From Malacoraja senta (lineage: Eukaryota), in contig CM075988.1 in the NCBI GenBank assembly GCA_038087875.1, positions 24,058,001 through 24,122,000 of the forward strand: a stretch of DNA of 64,000 nt, read 5' to 3'. This document shows, one piece after another, positions 12,089 through 25,988 of the stretch (position 1 is the first letter of the stretch; every line of letters begins with the position of its first letter). Below the pieces are notes generated by a model. The model saw only the letters and a program-made list of their open reading frames with translations. It was not told where the DNA came from and did no database searches. The position numbers and the translations under genes were made by a program.

Positions 12089-12712
12089 GGAAGGAACTGC
12101 AGCAGATGCTGGATTATACCAGCACCTGAAGTTCTTGATTAGTCCGGGGTGTCAGGGGGTAATGGGGAGAAGGCAGGAGAATGGGGTTGAGAGGGAAAGA
12201 TAGGTCCGCCATGATTGAATGGCGGAGTAGACTTGATGGGCCGAATGGCCTAATTCTGCTCCTAGAACCTTATGACCTTATACCGAAGATATAGACACAA
12301 AGTGCTGGAGTAACTCAGCGGGACAGGCATCATCTCTGGAGAAAAGGGTGGGTGACGTTCAGGTTGAAACCCTTTTTCATCTGAAGAAAGGTTCCAACCT
12401 GAAACATTACACATCCTATTTCTCCAGAGATGCTGCTGACCCGCTGAGTTACTCCAGCACTTTGTGTCTTTCTCCTGGTAACTTAACCCTTGCACTTCTT
12501 CCTTTATCTATTCAAAAGCTGTGAGTACAATCCTCACAAAATAATCGCCTCTGTTTTGCTCCCCAGCGCAATCCATATGGACTCATTGTCCGCTCATAAA
12601 TCACTGCTATGATTGTTACATTCACAAGATTTCCTTCCCCTCCGTCTTATTCAAAGTTGTGCCACTACAGTGCCAAGCTACCCCTCTTGCTCTTCTTGAA
12701 GCTGTATCCTTG

Positions 12713-13023
12713 TTTAGTTTAGAGATACAGCGCGGAAACCAGGCCCTTCGGCCCACCGGGTCCGCGCCGACCAGCGATCCCCGCACATTAACACTATCCT
12801 ACACACACACACACACGCGGGACAAATTTTACCTTTACCCAAGCCAATTAACCTACAATCCTGCACGTCTTTGGAGTGTGGAGGAAACCGGAGCACCCGA
12901 GAAAACCCACGCAGGTCACGGTAGAACGTACAAACTCCGTACAGACAGCACCCGTAGTCAGGGTCGAACCTGGACTCTGGCGCTGTGAGGCAGCGACTCT
13001 ACCGCTGGGCCACCGTGCCACCT
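12713..13023 (-). mobile_element. HE1-like V-SINE
   Basis: Full-length reverse-complement copy. Others at ~6085-6387, 13963-14262, 27571-27863, 27935-28190, 31838-32113, 38797-39098, 50323-50635, 51992-52222 and 59250-59530 (-), and 55360-55677 and 25670-26190 (+). Confidence 0.9.
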
Positions 13024-14295
13024 CAAGAATCGGTGCAAATTAGGAAGGGGCAAAACTCACAAAAGCACCAACGTAAGCTGGACTGTGACGGCAGATGCAG
13101 ACACAAACACAAAGTCATTCTGCAGCACACTGCAGAAAACAACATTGAGAGCCTTGTGCTCTAATCTGACAGGGTTACTAACATGAAATCACATATAAAT
13201 AGCCTCATTGTTATGGTAACTGTTCCGACATTTTGCTTCATTGCTGCTGTGTGCTGTGACTCTTAAGCTTATTGAAGTGATTGCATTGAGATAAGAGGCG
13301 CTGAGCTAACCACCAAATAAAAGACTTTCATCTAAAATGTTGCCTGCTGCCTGTGCTTTTCAGCGTCTTATATACTTGGATAGACACAAAAAGCTGGAGT
13401 AACTCAGCGGGACAGGCAGCATCTCTGGAGAGGAGGAATGGGGTGATGTTTCGGGTCGAGACCCTTCTTCTCATCCAAAACATTATCCATTCTTTCTCTC
13501 CAGAGATGCTGCCTGAATTACTCCAGCATTTTGTGTCTATCTTTGGTTTAAACCAGCATCCGCAGTTCCTTGTGTCTATCTGCAGTTCTTTCCTACACAA
13601 CTCTGTATACTGTCTCAGTGCTTATCTAACATGTATCTAAGTGTTTATGTACAGTGACACTTGTACTGATCTGTATAGAAAAAATGAATGTCACTGTTCC
13701 CTTGGTACATGTGACAATAAAATACCATAACATATCATATCATACAAGGCATGGGTCTACTAATAACGCAGTCTGACGGGTTTTGCTGAATTAGACAGGA
13801 GGGGCTGGAACATTTGCTGTATGTTTCTAGGACGTTACTTTAATCAGTATCTGGATGCTGGATTCCACAAGATGAAGGTTTAGATATGCAGAGATGCAAA
13901 GTTCCTTCAGCTTTCCCGTTAGTGTATCAGTCATTTGATCACGCTGTGGAATGTTCCCCGTGTAGTTTAAGTTTAGTTTAGAGATACAGCGCGGAAACAG
14001 GCCCTTCGGCCCACCGAGTCCGTGCCGACCAGCGATCCCCGCGCATAAACACGATCCTACACACACTAGGGACAATTTACATGTACACCAAGCCAATCGA
14101 TCTACAAACCTGTACGTCTTTGGGGCGTGGGAGGAAATTGAAGATCTCGGAGGAAACCCACGCAGGTCACGGGGAGAACGTGCAAACTCCGTACAGAGAG
14201 CACCCGTAGTCGGATCGGACCCGGGGAAGATGGCAACTCTACTGCTGCACCACTGTGCTGCCCCACATTCATCGTTACATATGGAAGATGAGTTA

Positions 14296-14613
14296 AAGCC
14301 CTGTCCCACGGTACGAGTTCATTCCAAGAGCTCTCCGAGTTTGCCCTGATTCGAACTCGGAGATTTACGGTAATGGCCGCTCGTCGGTACTCAGGGCTCT
14401 CGTGGACATTTTTCAACATGTTGAAAAATCTTCCCGAGTCTTCCCGAGCTTACCTGCCGTTAGCGAGTCTTCCTGAGTACCTGCCGTTTAGCGTTACGAG
14501 CCGCTAAGAGACGTCCCCGAGCTCCGACGTACCCGCTACGTTCATTCTCCGTGCTTACCACGAGTTTGATTTTTTTTTTACTCGGAGAGCTCTTGGACCG
14601 TGGGACAGGGCTA
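14296..14613. mobile_element. PIF/Harbinger-type MITE (same family as 9684-10005)
   Basis: TIR AAGCCCTGTCCCACGGT / ACCGTGGGACAGGGCTA; TSD TTA. Confidence 0.85.
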
Positions 14614-14962
14614 TTAATTGTCCAATACACAAGGGCAGAATGAAATTCCTTGTTCGCACTAAGCTCACGTCGATGTACATGGTAATGATGGATACAACGA
14701 TGATTTCAAAGACAAGGCAACAGATTGGTACAAACTCTAACCACAACCCATCCTCAGCACCACACTGGCTTGCACTGTCATAGTCTGGTTTACTAGAATT
14801 CAGATAATATGTAGACACAAAAAGCTGGAGTGACTCAGCAGGTCAGGCAGCATCTCTGGAGAAAAGGAATGGCTGACGTTTCGGGTCGAGACCCTTCTTC
14901 CGACTGAGAATCAGGGAAAAGGGAAACGAGAGATATACTGTAGATGGTGATATAGAGAGATA

Positions 14963-16198
14963 TAGAAACATAGGAAAATAGGTGCAGCAGGAGGCCATTC
15001 GGCCCTTCCAGCAGCACCGCCATTCAATATGATCATGGCTGATCATCTAAAACCAGTACCCCGTTCCTGCTTTCTCCCCATATCCCTTGATTCCTTTAGC
15101 CCGAAGAGCTAAATCTCTCTTGGAAACATCCAGTGAATTAGCCTCCACTGCCTTCTGTGGCAGAGAATTCCACAGATTCACAACTCTCTGGCTGAAAAAG
15201 CTTTTCCTCATCTCAGTCCTAAATGGCCTAGCCCTTATTCTTAAATTGTGACCCCTGGTTCTGGACTCCCCCAACATCGGAAATATTTTTCCTGCATCTA
15301 GCCTGTCCAAACCTTTAAGAATTTTATATCCCCTCTCATCCTTCTAAATTCCAGTGAATACAAACCCAGTCGACCCATTCTTTCATCACATATCAGTCCC
15401 GCCATCCCGGGAATTAACCTGGTGAACCTACACTGCACTCCCTCAATAACAATAATGTCCTTCCTCAAATTAGGAGACCAAAACTGCACACAATACTCCA
15501 GGTGTGGTCTCGCCAGGGCTCTGTACAACTGCAGTAGGACCTCCTTCCTCCTAAACTCAAATCCTATCGCAATGAAGGTCAACATGCCAATAGCTTTCTT
15601 CTGTACCTGCATGCTTACTTTCAGTGACTGATGTACAAGCCACCCAGGTCTCGTTGCACCTCCCCTTTTCCTAATCTGACACCATTCAGATAATAATCTG
15701 CCTTCCTGTTCTTGCCACCAAAGTGGATAACCTCACATTTATCTCACATTAACCTCACATCTGCCATGCTTCTGTCCACTCACCCAACCTATCCAAGTCA
15801 CCCTGCAGCCTCATAGCATCCTCATCGTAGCTCACAATGCCACCCAGCTTTGTGACATCCGCAAACTCGTCTAAATCTTTAATATATATTGTAAATAGCT
15901 GGGCTCCCAGCAGGGAGCCTTGCGGCACCCCACTAGTCACTGCCTGCCATTCTGAAAAGGACCCATTACTCTTTGCTTCCTGTCTGCCAACCAGTTCTCT
16001 ATCCATGTCAATACGCCATCCCCAATACCATGTGCTCTAATTTTGCACACTAATCTCTTGTGCGAGATCTTGTCAAAGGCTTTTTGAAAGTCCAGATACA
16101 CCACATCCACTGGCTCTCCCTTATCCATTCTACTTGTTACCTCCTCAAAAAATTCCAGAAGATTCGTCAAGCATGATTTTTTCCCCTTCATAAATCCA
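14963..16198 (-). mobile_element. CR1/HER1-like LINE fragment (reverse transcriptase region to 3' tail), continued at 17872-18133
   Basis: [61 protein letters not shown]; frameshifted. Confidence 0.9.
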
Positions 16199-17864
16199 AT
16201 GATCTTCTTACCGCAACTACTGTATCTATTTCAATTAATTCCGATATATATCCCAAAAAACGTTTTCAAAAAAGTCGACTCCATTGTTACAAGCTTTATT
16301 TGGGATTATAAGAATCATAGAATAAGTAAAAAACATTTATGTAAGTCAAAGAGCAACGGAGGTTTGGCGTTGCCAAATTTCTTATTTTATTTTTGGGCAG
16401 TCTATATTAAAAACATGAATTTCTGGCTGGAAGAAATGGATCAATATCCAGATTGGTTAAGGAGGGAAAAGGAAGACTGTTTACCTTTTGAAATTGGTTC
16501 GATTATACTTGCTCCCACAAAACTGCATAAAACAACCTATAAGGAAAACCCTATAATACATAGTGGAATACGAATTTGGAAACAATTTAAAAAAGCTTTA
16601 AAACTGAATAATATACCACTATGTCTTCCCATTGTAAATAATCCTTTATTCAAGCCATCCATATTGGATAGAGGTTTTATACAATGGAAAAATTATGGAA
16701 TTAAAAAGATTGGACATCTTTATAGGGAAGGCATCTTTCTGTCATTTCAAGAGTTACAACAGAATTATGGACTACAGTCAAATAATTTTTTCAGATATCT
16801 ACAAATTAGAGATTATGTTAAATCTAATATACAAGTATATAGGACTAGGGAACCAGAAATTCTTGATGAATGTTTGAATAAGCATCCTAACACTGAAAAA
16901 TTAATAGCTTATATCTATAACATCCTCTTAAACAATGAGGTACCACCGATGGAACTATATAGACAAACATGGGAAAATGAGTTAGGTCACTCTATAACGA
17001 AAGACATTTGGGACGAAAGTTTACAACATATACATCAATGCTCGTTAAATGCCAGACATGCTTTAATACAATTTAAAGTCTTACACAGATTACATTATTC
17101 CAAAATAAAACTAAATAGAATCTTCCCACATATTTCTCCTATCTGTGATAAATGTCTACATCTAGAGGCCAATTTAACACATACTTTTGCAAATTGTATA
17201 AAAATCAAACATTTCTGGATTGATATTTTTGAAATAATTTCTGAAGTTGTTAATACTAAATTGGATCCAGACTCAAAATTAATAATACTTGGGATATCAG
17301 AACAAAGTTTAACACTCACAACAAGCCAAAGAAACTTCCTTGACTACAGTATAATAACTGGGAAAAAATTAATATTAAAATTTTGGAAAGGTCCTATAAC
17401 CCCCACAATTAAAATGTGGATTGTGGAAATGTCGGAGACCTTACATCTAGAAAGAATTAGACTTGTCTTAATGGACAAACAAGAACTTTTTGTTAAAATA
17501 TGGGCTCCATTCATTAACTATTTGAAGGGATAGATGGGCCCAGCACGAAAACCCAACTGAAGCTTGAACTCAGGATTAGATGTAAAATTATATTTCATAA
17601 CCTACGAACTTATCTCCAATGACGTATTATAAATAACTCATCCCACCTCTATTTTTTTTCTTTTTTTTCCTCGATATTTGTAATGCTTTTTTCTATCTAT
17701 ATAAAAAAAACCACTAGAAGCAGAATTAATTGACAATTGACAATTTTAATAATGTATGATTGATGTATATGAAAAGTTTCTATTATAATATGTTACTATA
17801 CTTTATAATATGTTTGCTTCTAATAAAAATATTAATCCAAAAAATAAAAAAATAAAAAAATAAA
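16199..17864 (+). mobile_element. 5'-truncated L1-clade LINE (ORF2 C-terminal region, 3' UTR, poly-A)
   Basis: 444-aa stop-free frame with LYLFQ..P, FIW, GGLALPN, IQFKVLHR and CDKC..H...C zinc-knuckle motifs. A-rich tail. TSD AAATCCA at 16192-16198 and 17865-17871, inside a CR1. Confidence 0.9.
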
Positions 17865-17871
17865 AAATCCA

Positions 17872-18133
17872 TTCTGATTTTGACCGATCCTGTCACTGCT
17901 TTCCAAATGCGCTGCTATAACATCTTTAACAATCGACTCAAGCATCTTCCCACTACCGATGTAAGGCTAACTGGTCTATAATTCCCCGTTTTCTCTCTCC
18001 CTCCTTTCTTAAAAAGTGGGGTTACATTGGCTACCCTCCAGTCCACAGGAAGTGATCCAGAGTGAAGAGAACATTGGAAAATGATCACCAATGCCTGCAC
18101 GATTTCTGGGGCCACCTCCTAGAGCACTCTGGG
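17872..18133 (-). mobile_element. Upstream part of the CR1 LINE interrupted by L1
   Basis: PVDWRVANVTPLFKKGGREKTGNYRPVSLTSVVG. Confidence 0.85.
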
Positions 18134-19869
18134 ATATAGAACAAATGAATAAAAGATTTAAAAAGTAACAATGATGAAGGAAATGGCCCATTGTTGGATG
18201 CGGGGAGAGGGGAAGCAAGGGTCTGAGGGAAGCAAGGGAATGGCGGTGCAGGCTCGAAGGGCCGAATGGCCTACTCCTGCACCTATTTTCTATGTTTCCA
18301 TATTTCTATGTTTCTATGTTACTTGAAGTTAGAGAAGTCAATGTTCATACCACTGGGGTGTAAGCTGCCCAAGCGAAATATGAGGTGCTGTTCCGTCAAT
18401 TTGTGCTGGGCCTCACTCTGGCAGTGGATAGGCCCAGGACAGCAAGGTCAGTGTAGGTATTGGGCGGGGAGTTAAAAGTTGATTTATTTGTCGAGTTGTC
18501 GCGTGCAGCTTGAATGTAAAGCTGCAGCAGGTAAGAATTTCATTGTTCTGGTTCCGGCACATATGACAATTCAACACTCTTGCCTCTCGACCAGAACAGT
18601 CTACAGGGCTAACACATCCTTCTTGCTTCTGTATTCTAAGTTATGAACGCAGCCAAGAATCCTATGAGCTTTGAGGACATTGTCAATCCATCCAGCTATC
18701 TTCAAAGAGGAACTTACATCTGCCTACAGCTCTCCCAGTGCCTCCGCTCTGTAGTGTTTACAAGTGTAAAGAAATCTTTAAGCACACATCAAGATATGAC
18801 CTTGATATGCTGTTGTAACACACATTGCTGTTTAATTGAAACTTAGCACAGTAATTAATTCCTTGATTTATGGATGCTCCATTTATAAATGTTTAATGCC
18901 ATTGACTCTATTGGGCGTGTTTCTTCTCTTTACATAACTATATTTTGCTATAACTGTGTGTGTCTTCCCTGCCCAGACAATGAAAGACCCACAGAACATT
19001 TTGCCCAATTTATAATTTACAAATGTTTTTCTTCTTGAAGTTTCAATGAATTAAACATTATCCAGGATGGTAGAAAGAAGGAACTGCAGATACTGGTTTC
19101 CACAAAAGCATATAAAGTGCTGGTGTAATTCAGCATGTCAGGCAGCATTGCTGGAGAACATGGATAGGCGACGGTTCCCAATATAGTTTCTACACCGGTT
19201 GGATAAAGTTCCTTCAAACAATCCCGAGAGAGTAATACAAAAGGAACTGCAGATGCTGGTTTATAACAAAGATGTACTCAAAACTGTTAAGATTATTAAG
19301 GGCTTGGACACACTAGAGGCAGGAAACATGTTCCCGATGTTGGGCGAGTCCAGAACCAGGGGCCACAGTTTAAGAATAAGGAGTAAACCATTTAGAACGG
19401 AGACGAGGAAACACTTTTTCTCACAGAGAGTTGTGAGTCTGTGGAATTCTCTGCCTCAGAGGGCGTTGGAGGCAGGTTCTCTGGATACTTTCAAGAGAGA
19501 GCTAGATAGGGCTCTTAAAGATAGCGGAGTCAGGGGATATGGGGAGAGGGCAGGAACGGGGTACTGATTGGGGATGATCAGCCATGATCACATTGAATGG
19601 CGGTGCTGGCTCGAAGGGCCAAATGGCCTACTCCTGCACCTATTGTCTATTGTCTATTGTCTAAAACGCTGGAGGAACTCAGCAGTCAGGCACATCCCTG
19701 GAGAAATGGACAGATGACCAATCCCAAAATAGTTTCTTCTCTGGTTGGATAAAGTTCCTTCTACACGATCTCATTAAAAAAATCCCAAGCACAAGTATGC
19801 CTAGTTATTCATCTGTATCTGCAGTGGATTGAGTATTACTACTATATCTCTCACACTCAGACGCACAGT

Positions 19870-20190
19870 CACTTGCCCAGAGTAGGGGAATCGAGAACCA
19901 GAAGACATAGGTTTAAGGTGAGGGGGGAAATATTTAATGGGAACTTGAGCCAGCGGTGCAGGCTCGAAGGGCCGAATGGCCTACTTCTGCACCTATTGTC
20001 TATTGTCTGAGGGGTAACTTTTCTATGCAAAGGGTGGTAGGTGCATGGAATGAGCTGCCGGAGGATGTCGTTGAGGCTGGGACTATCGCAACGTTTAAGA
20101 AACAACTAGACAGGTACATGGATAGGACAGGTTTGGAGGGGTATGGGCCAAATGCAGGCAGGTGGGACTAGTGAAGATGGGACATGTTGG
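19870..20190 (+). mobile_element. HER1-like CR1 LINE 3' end containing a nested piece of another CR1 tail
   Basis: LRGNFSMQRVVGAWNELPEDVVEAG..FKKQLDRYMD. The tail GGGCCGAAGAGCCTGTTTCC that follows is shared with the SINE 3' end. Confidence 0.75.
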
Positions 20191-20684
20191 CCGGTGTGGG
20201 GAAGATGGGCCGAAGAGCCTGTTTCCATGCTGTATCACTCTATGACTCAGATAACACTGCAGAGTACCGAACAACCTGTTGCTGGTTGGAAGCTTGGCTA
20301 ACTACAGCTGTGAAAGTGAAATGTTTTATAAACAAGCCAAGGCCACCTCTGCTATGATTAATGAAGAACTCCGGGAGATCTGAATATTATGATGGGGATT
20401 AGCAGGTTAAAATGAGCTGGTGGGATTTAATCCTCATCTAGCTCGGTCAGCACTCTGCAGCATTGTATTTATAAGAGAACAGACTTCTCTTTAAATCTTT
20501 CATCTGTGAAATGTCTTTTGCATGTAAAAAATAAGCAATTTTTAATATTGCAGTATCTGCAGAAATGCTATTTTCAGTGGTGAGTGTTAAGAACTAGAAT
20601 TAGAGAATTAACCAAATACTTAACAAGGAAGTTGCAGCAGTAGATATCCACTGTCTCAGTACAGTACAGCCCCCCCCCCCTCAT

Positions 20685-21470
20685 CTATGGTGGTCCCACA
20701 GAGTGTGGCTCTGATACTGGGTGGTCCCACAGAGTGTGGACCAGGTACAGGGTGGTCCTACGATGCAAGGTCCAATACTGTGACGTTCCACAGTGTGTGG
20801 CCCTGATATTCTGTGGCCCCACCGGGTTGAGTCTAGTACTGGGTGGTCCGAAGTGTAGGTCATGTACTGGGTGGTCTCTAGGGTGAAGGTTGGATGAATG
20901 AATGAAAGAATGAATGAATGAATGAATGAATAAGTTTATTGGCCAAGTATTCACATACAAGGAATTCGCCTTGGTGCTCTGCTCGCAAGTAACAACACGA
21001 CGTACAGTAACAATTAAGAATGACACATAAAACATTAAACATTAATAATAAAACATTATAGTTTAAACATGCGAATGAAATAGAATACCAGAGCAAAACA
21101 TTTGGTTATTGAGTAGAGCAACTACTCGTGGAAAAAAGCTGTTTTTATGTCTGGCTGTGGCGGCTTTGACAGTCCGGAGTCGCCTTCCAGAGGGAAGTGA
21201 TTCAAAGAGTTTGTGGCAAGGGTGAGAGGGGTCAGAGATGATCTTGCCCGCTCGCTTCCTGGCCCTTGCAGTGAACAGTGTAGTCACAGACTGGGTGGTC
21301 CCACAGTGCGTCAAGGTACTGGGTGGTCCCACACAGTGTGGGGGGGATGGTCTATTACAGGGTGGTCCCACAAAATGGGGTCTGATGGTCAGTGGTCCCA
21401 CAGTGTGGGTGTCACACTGGGTGGGTCTGTCAGCGTGGGCCCGGTACTGGTGATAGGAATTAGGTCCCAC
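20685..21470. repeat. Degenerate ~30-bp minisatellite (TACTGGGTGGTCCCACAG.GTG), split by a Rex1-like insertion
   Basis: Units at 20685-20880 and 21275-21470; related units near 24235-24400. Confidence 0.65.
20893..21272 (-). mobile_element. Rex1/Babar-like LINE 3' end
   Basis: RARKRAGKIISDPSHPCHKLFESLPSGRRLRTVKAATARHKNSFFPRVVALLN; (ATTC)n tail. Related degraded pieces at ~9550-9683(+), 40660-40905(-) and 45370-45690(-). Confidence 0.8.
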
Positions 21471-22308
21471 ACAATAGGCAATAGACAATAGACAACAGGT
21501 GCAGGAGTAGGACATTTTGCCCTTCGGGCCAGCACCGCCATTCAATGTGATCATGGCTGATCATCCCCAATCAGTACCCTGATACTCTGCTATTTTTAAG
21601 AGCCCTATCTAGTTCTCTCTTGAAAGCATCCAGAGAACCTGCCTCCACCGCCCTCTGAGGCAGAGAATTCCACAGACTCACCACTCTCTGTGAGAAAAAG
21701 TGTTTTCTCGTCTCCGTTCTAAATGGCTTACTCCTTATTCTTAAACCGTGGCCCCTGGTTCTGGACTCCCCCAACATCGGGAACATGTTCCCTGCCTCTA
21801 GCGTGTCCAAGCCCTTAACAATCTTATATGTTTCATAGCGTGGAGTATTGTACAAGAGAGTTTTATGGAAAGCAGAGAAAAATAGAAACAGCCAAAGGCC
21901 AAATGTTCTTTGAGTATTCTTCGACCATTCACTGTGAAATAGCCAATCCTTTAATCCTAAGCCCATTTTCATATTTTCTCCTGGTTTTCCTTGGTGTTTT
22001 TTATGTTCAGAAACCGATTGTTTTACTTACGTTCAGCACCTTGGCTTCCATCACCCTGCATGCTGCAGTTCCACACATTCACCGCCCATCTACCTCTCAG
22101 TGTAAAATATCTTATCCTGGATTATAAAACCGTGAGCTCCTTCTAATTCCTATCACCAACTGGAGAGCAGTCTAGTCCTGACCAACCATCTACCTCATTG
22201 GAGACCATTGGGATTATCTTTACTGGATTTTATCTTCAACTAAACATTATTCCTTTTATTCTGTACGTGTACACAGTGGATGGATTGATTGTAATCATGT
22301 GTAGTCTT

Positions 22309-23107
22309 TAGAAACATAGAAAATATGTGCAGGCGTAGGCCATTCGGCCCTTTGAACCAGCACCGCCATTCAATATGATCATGGCTGATCATCCAAAATC
22401 AGTACCCCGTTCCTGCTTTCTCCCCATATCCCTTGATTCCTTTAGACCTTTAGAGCTAAATCTAACTCTCTCTTGAAAACATCCAGTGAATTGGCCTCCA
22501 CTGCCTTCTGTGGCAGAGAATTCCACAGATTCACAACTCTCTGGCTGAAAAAGCTTTTCCTCATCTCAGTCCAAAATGGCCTAGCCCTTAGTCTTAAACT
22601 GTGGCCCCTGGTTCTGGACTCCCCCAACATGGGGAACATTTTTCCTGCATCTAGCCTGTCCAATCCCTTTAGAATTTTATATGTTTCTATAAGATATCCT
22701 CTCATCCTTCTAAATTCCAGTAAATACAAGCCCATTCGACCCATATGTCAGTCCCGCCACGCAGGAATTAACCTGGTGAACCTACGCTGCACTCCCTCAA
22801 TAGCAAGAATGTCCTTCCTCAAATTAGACCAAAACTGCACACAATACTCCAGGTGTGGTCTCACCAGGGCCCTGTACAACTGCAGTAGGACTTCCTTGCT
22901 CCTAAACTCAAATCCTCTCGCAATGAAGGCCAACATGCCATTCGCTTTCTTCACTGCCTGCTGTACATGCATGTTTACTTTCAGTGACTGATGTACAAGC
23001 ACACCCAGGTCTCGCTGCACCTCCCCTTTTCCTAATCTGACACCATTCAGGTAATAATCTGCCTTCCTGTTCTTGCCACCAAAGTGGATAACCTTACATT
23101 TATCCAC
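22309..23107 (-). mobile_element. CR1-like LINE 3' fragment, (TTCTATGT)n tail subfamily
   Basis: DKCKVIHFG..QRDLGVLVHQSLK..LYRALVRPHLEYCVQFWS. Related copies at ~24438-24720(-), 41600-41980(+), 52735-53037(+) and 61557-61945(-). Confidence 0.9.
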
Positions 23108-25760
23108 ATAGAAACATATAAACATAGAAAATAGGTGCAGGAAGAGGCCATCCGGCCCTTCGAGCCAACCGCCATTCATCGCGATCATGGCTGATCGTCC
23201 CCAATCAATAACCCGTGTCTGCCTTCTCCCCATATCCCTTGAGTCCACTAACCCCTAGAGCTCTATTTAACTCTCTTTTAAATCCATCCAGTGGCTTGGC
23301 CTCCACTGCCCTCTGTGGCAGGGAATTCCACAAACATTATACTGCATCTGCCATGCATCGGCCCATTAGGAACTCCTTGCTCCGAAACTCAAATCCTCTC
23401 GCTATGAAGGTCAACATGCCATTTGCTGGATAGCACACAACAAAAAACGTTTCACCCCACCTCTGTAAATATGACGATAAACCAAGTTAAACTAAACTAA
23501 ATGCTGCAACCAACCTGTTGACTACAGTCAGAATGATACATGTTTGAATGAGAACTTTTGCTCTTGTAATGTCTAGTGATCACAGGCCCAGTCACCCAGT
23601 CTCTCCTCCTACGACAATCCTGCAGCCCATGAGTCGGGCTGAATGTACACTCTTTATTCGTTCTTGGGTTAGGAGAGCAAAGCTGCAGTTTTCCTCCCAC
23701 AATCCAAACAGGTTTGAAGGTTAATTGTCCCTAGCGTGTAGGATGGTGTTAGTGAATGGAGTGATAGCTGCTCGGCGCGGACCCGGTGGGCCGAAGGGCC
23801 TGTTTGCCCACTATATCTCTAAAGTGAAGCCTAAAGACACTGCCTTTCTGTTTTCCCCAACAAGGTGGATAACGTCACGTTTACCCACATTGAACCGTGT
23901 GCGTCACGTATTTCCCCATCCACCCAACTTGTCTGAAGCATCTTGCAGCCTCTTTGCATCCTCGCCCGCAGCCTTGCCTAGTGTCATGCTGTCCACACAC
24001 TTAGTAATGCCACATTCCATTCCCTAATCGGAATGATTGACGAGACTGCGGCAGGCTGGGGCCAAGAACCCATCCCCGTGGGACCCCGCGCGTCTCTGAC
24101 TGCCGTCTCTGCTTCCCGTCCGTCAACTAACATTCAATCCATCTCTGTAGATCACTGCCAATCCCATCTGATTGCAGACTTATCTTCTAAGTGGGTCTTT
24201 ATCAAAGGCCTTCTGAAAACTCAGAGTCATCCTGTTGCTGGGTGGTCCGCTCTGTGTAGGTCTGGTATCTGGTGGTGGGGGTGGTCTTTCTGCATGGGTC
24301 TAGGGTGAGGGGCTTGCTCTCCATGTGGATCTGGTAGTGGGGGGGGGGGTCCCACCACGTGTGGTGGGTGGTCCCAGTTAGCGTGGGTCCCGTACCGGGT
24401 GGGCTTGCTCAGCTTGGAGACCGAAATTATACTGTGTGAAACATAGAAACATAGAAAATAGGTGCAGGAAGGAGTAGGCCATTCGGCCCTTCGAACCTGC
24501 ACCGCCATTCAATATGATCATGGCTGATCATCCAACTCAGTATCCTGTACCTGCCTTCTCTCCATACCCCCTGATCCCTTTAGCCACAAGGGCCACATCT
24601 AACTCCCTCTTAAATATAGCCAATGAACTGGCCTCAACTACTTTCTCTGTGTGAAAAAAAATGTCCTATAAGACTTCCCCCTTATCCTTAAACTGTGACC
24701 CCTTGTTCTGGACTTCCCCAAATAACTAGAATCCTCTACGCAAGCACTCAGACACCTACATAAACTAAGTGCCTGCAGAGGCAGAGGCAGAGGCACAGGG
24801 ACCAAACAAGAGATGAGATCGGATAGCATTACAGTCAACAATCTTGTGACGTGCGGTCCCAGGCGGGCGCCAGGGAGGACAATGGAGCAGGTGTGTAACT
24901 GTGTGAAGGGGCAGACAGCTTCACCGTGACTCTGGCAGCAATAACAGGAGGGGTGTGGCACAGTGGAGCAACCGGTAAAGCTGCGGCATCACACCTCCAG
25001 TCAGTGGGGTCCAACCCGAATCCCCGTACAAAGAAGGAACTGCAGAAGCTGGCCAATACACGAAAGGACACAAAGCGCCGGAGTAACTCAGCAGGTCAGG
25101 CAACGTCTCTGGTGAACAGGGATAGGTGACGTATCAGGTCAGGACCCATCAGTTTAAGAATAAGGGGTAAGCCATTTAGAACGGAGACAAGGAAACACTT
25201 CTTCACACAGAGAGTTGTGAGTCTGTGGAATTCTCTGCCTCAGAGGGTGGTGGAGGCAGGTTCTCTGGATACTTTCAAGAGAGAGCTAGATAGGGCTCTT
25301 AAAGATAGCGGAGTCAGGGGATATGGGGAGAAGGCAGGAACGGGGTACTGATTAGGGATGATCAGCCATGATCACATTGAATGGCTCGAAGGGCCGAATG
25401 GCCTACTCCTGCACCTATTGTCTATTGTCTATCTTCAGACCTAATGCGAAGAAGGGTCTCGACCCAAAACGTCACCCATCCATGTTCTCCAGAGATGCTG
25501 CCTGACCCGCTGAGTTACTCCAGCACCGTGTGTCCGTCCTATTCCGGGTATTGTCTGTGTGCAGTTTGTACTTGTTCCTCTGTGGCTGCATGGGTTTTCT
25601 CCCACAACCCAGAGACGTGCAGATTGGGGGATGCAATGGCAATTCAAATTGTCCCGAGGGTGTGGGAACGCGGTAGAATCTGGGAGGTAGCATTGTGGGC
25701 AGACCAGTAGAAGAGCAAAGCGCTGGAGACCTGTGTTTGATCCTGACTATGAGTACTGTC

Positions 25761-25988
25761 CAGTGGCGGAAATCCCGGGGGAGGGGGGGGGGCAGAGAGG
25801 GGGACACGTACCCCCTCTGTTTTGAGAGGTGGGGGATGATCCCCCCCCCCCCAATTTTTTGTAATCCAGATTTTAAAACCCGGTGAAATCTCCGCTTTCC
25901 GCGAGACAGTGGGGGTGGGAAGATAGAGAAATTGTGTCCCCCCTGTCCCCCGGTCCCCTCCATATTTTGATAGCGATTTCCGTCACTG
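25761..25988. mobile_element. hAT-like MITE with 5-bp TSD, inserted in a SINE
   Basis: TIR CAGTGGCGGAAATC / GATTTCCGTCACTG; CTGTC duplicated on both sides; SINE sequence rejoins across it. Confidence 0.75.

Noticed and set aside
16199..17533. 444-aa ORF as a host gene
   Set aside because: It is a 5'-truncated L1 ORF2 C-terminus with poly-A and TSD; the ATG is an internal Met at the truncation point.
20685..21470. CRISPR-like spaced repeats
   Set aside because: Degenerate eukaryotic minisatellite with no constant repeat/unique spacer structure and no cas genes.
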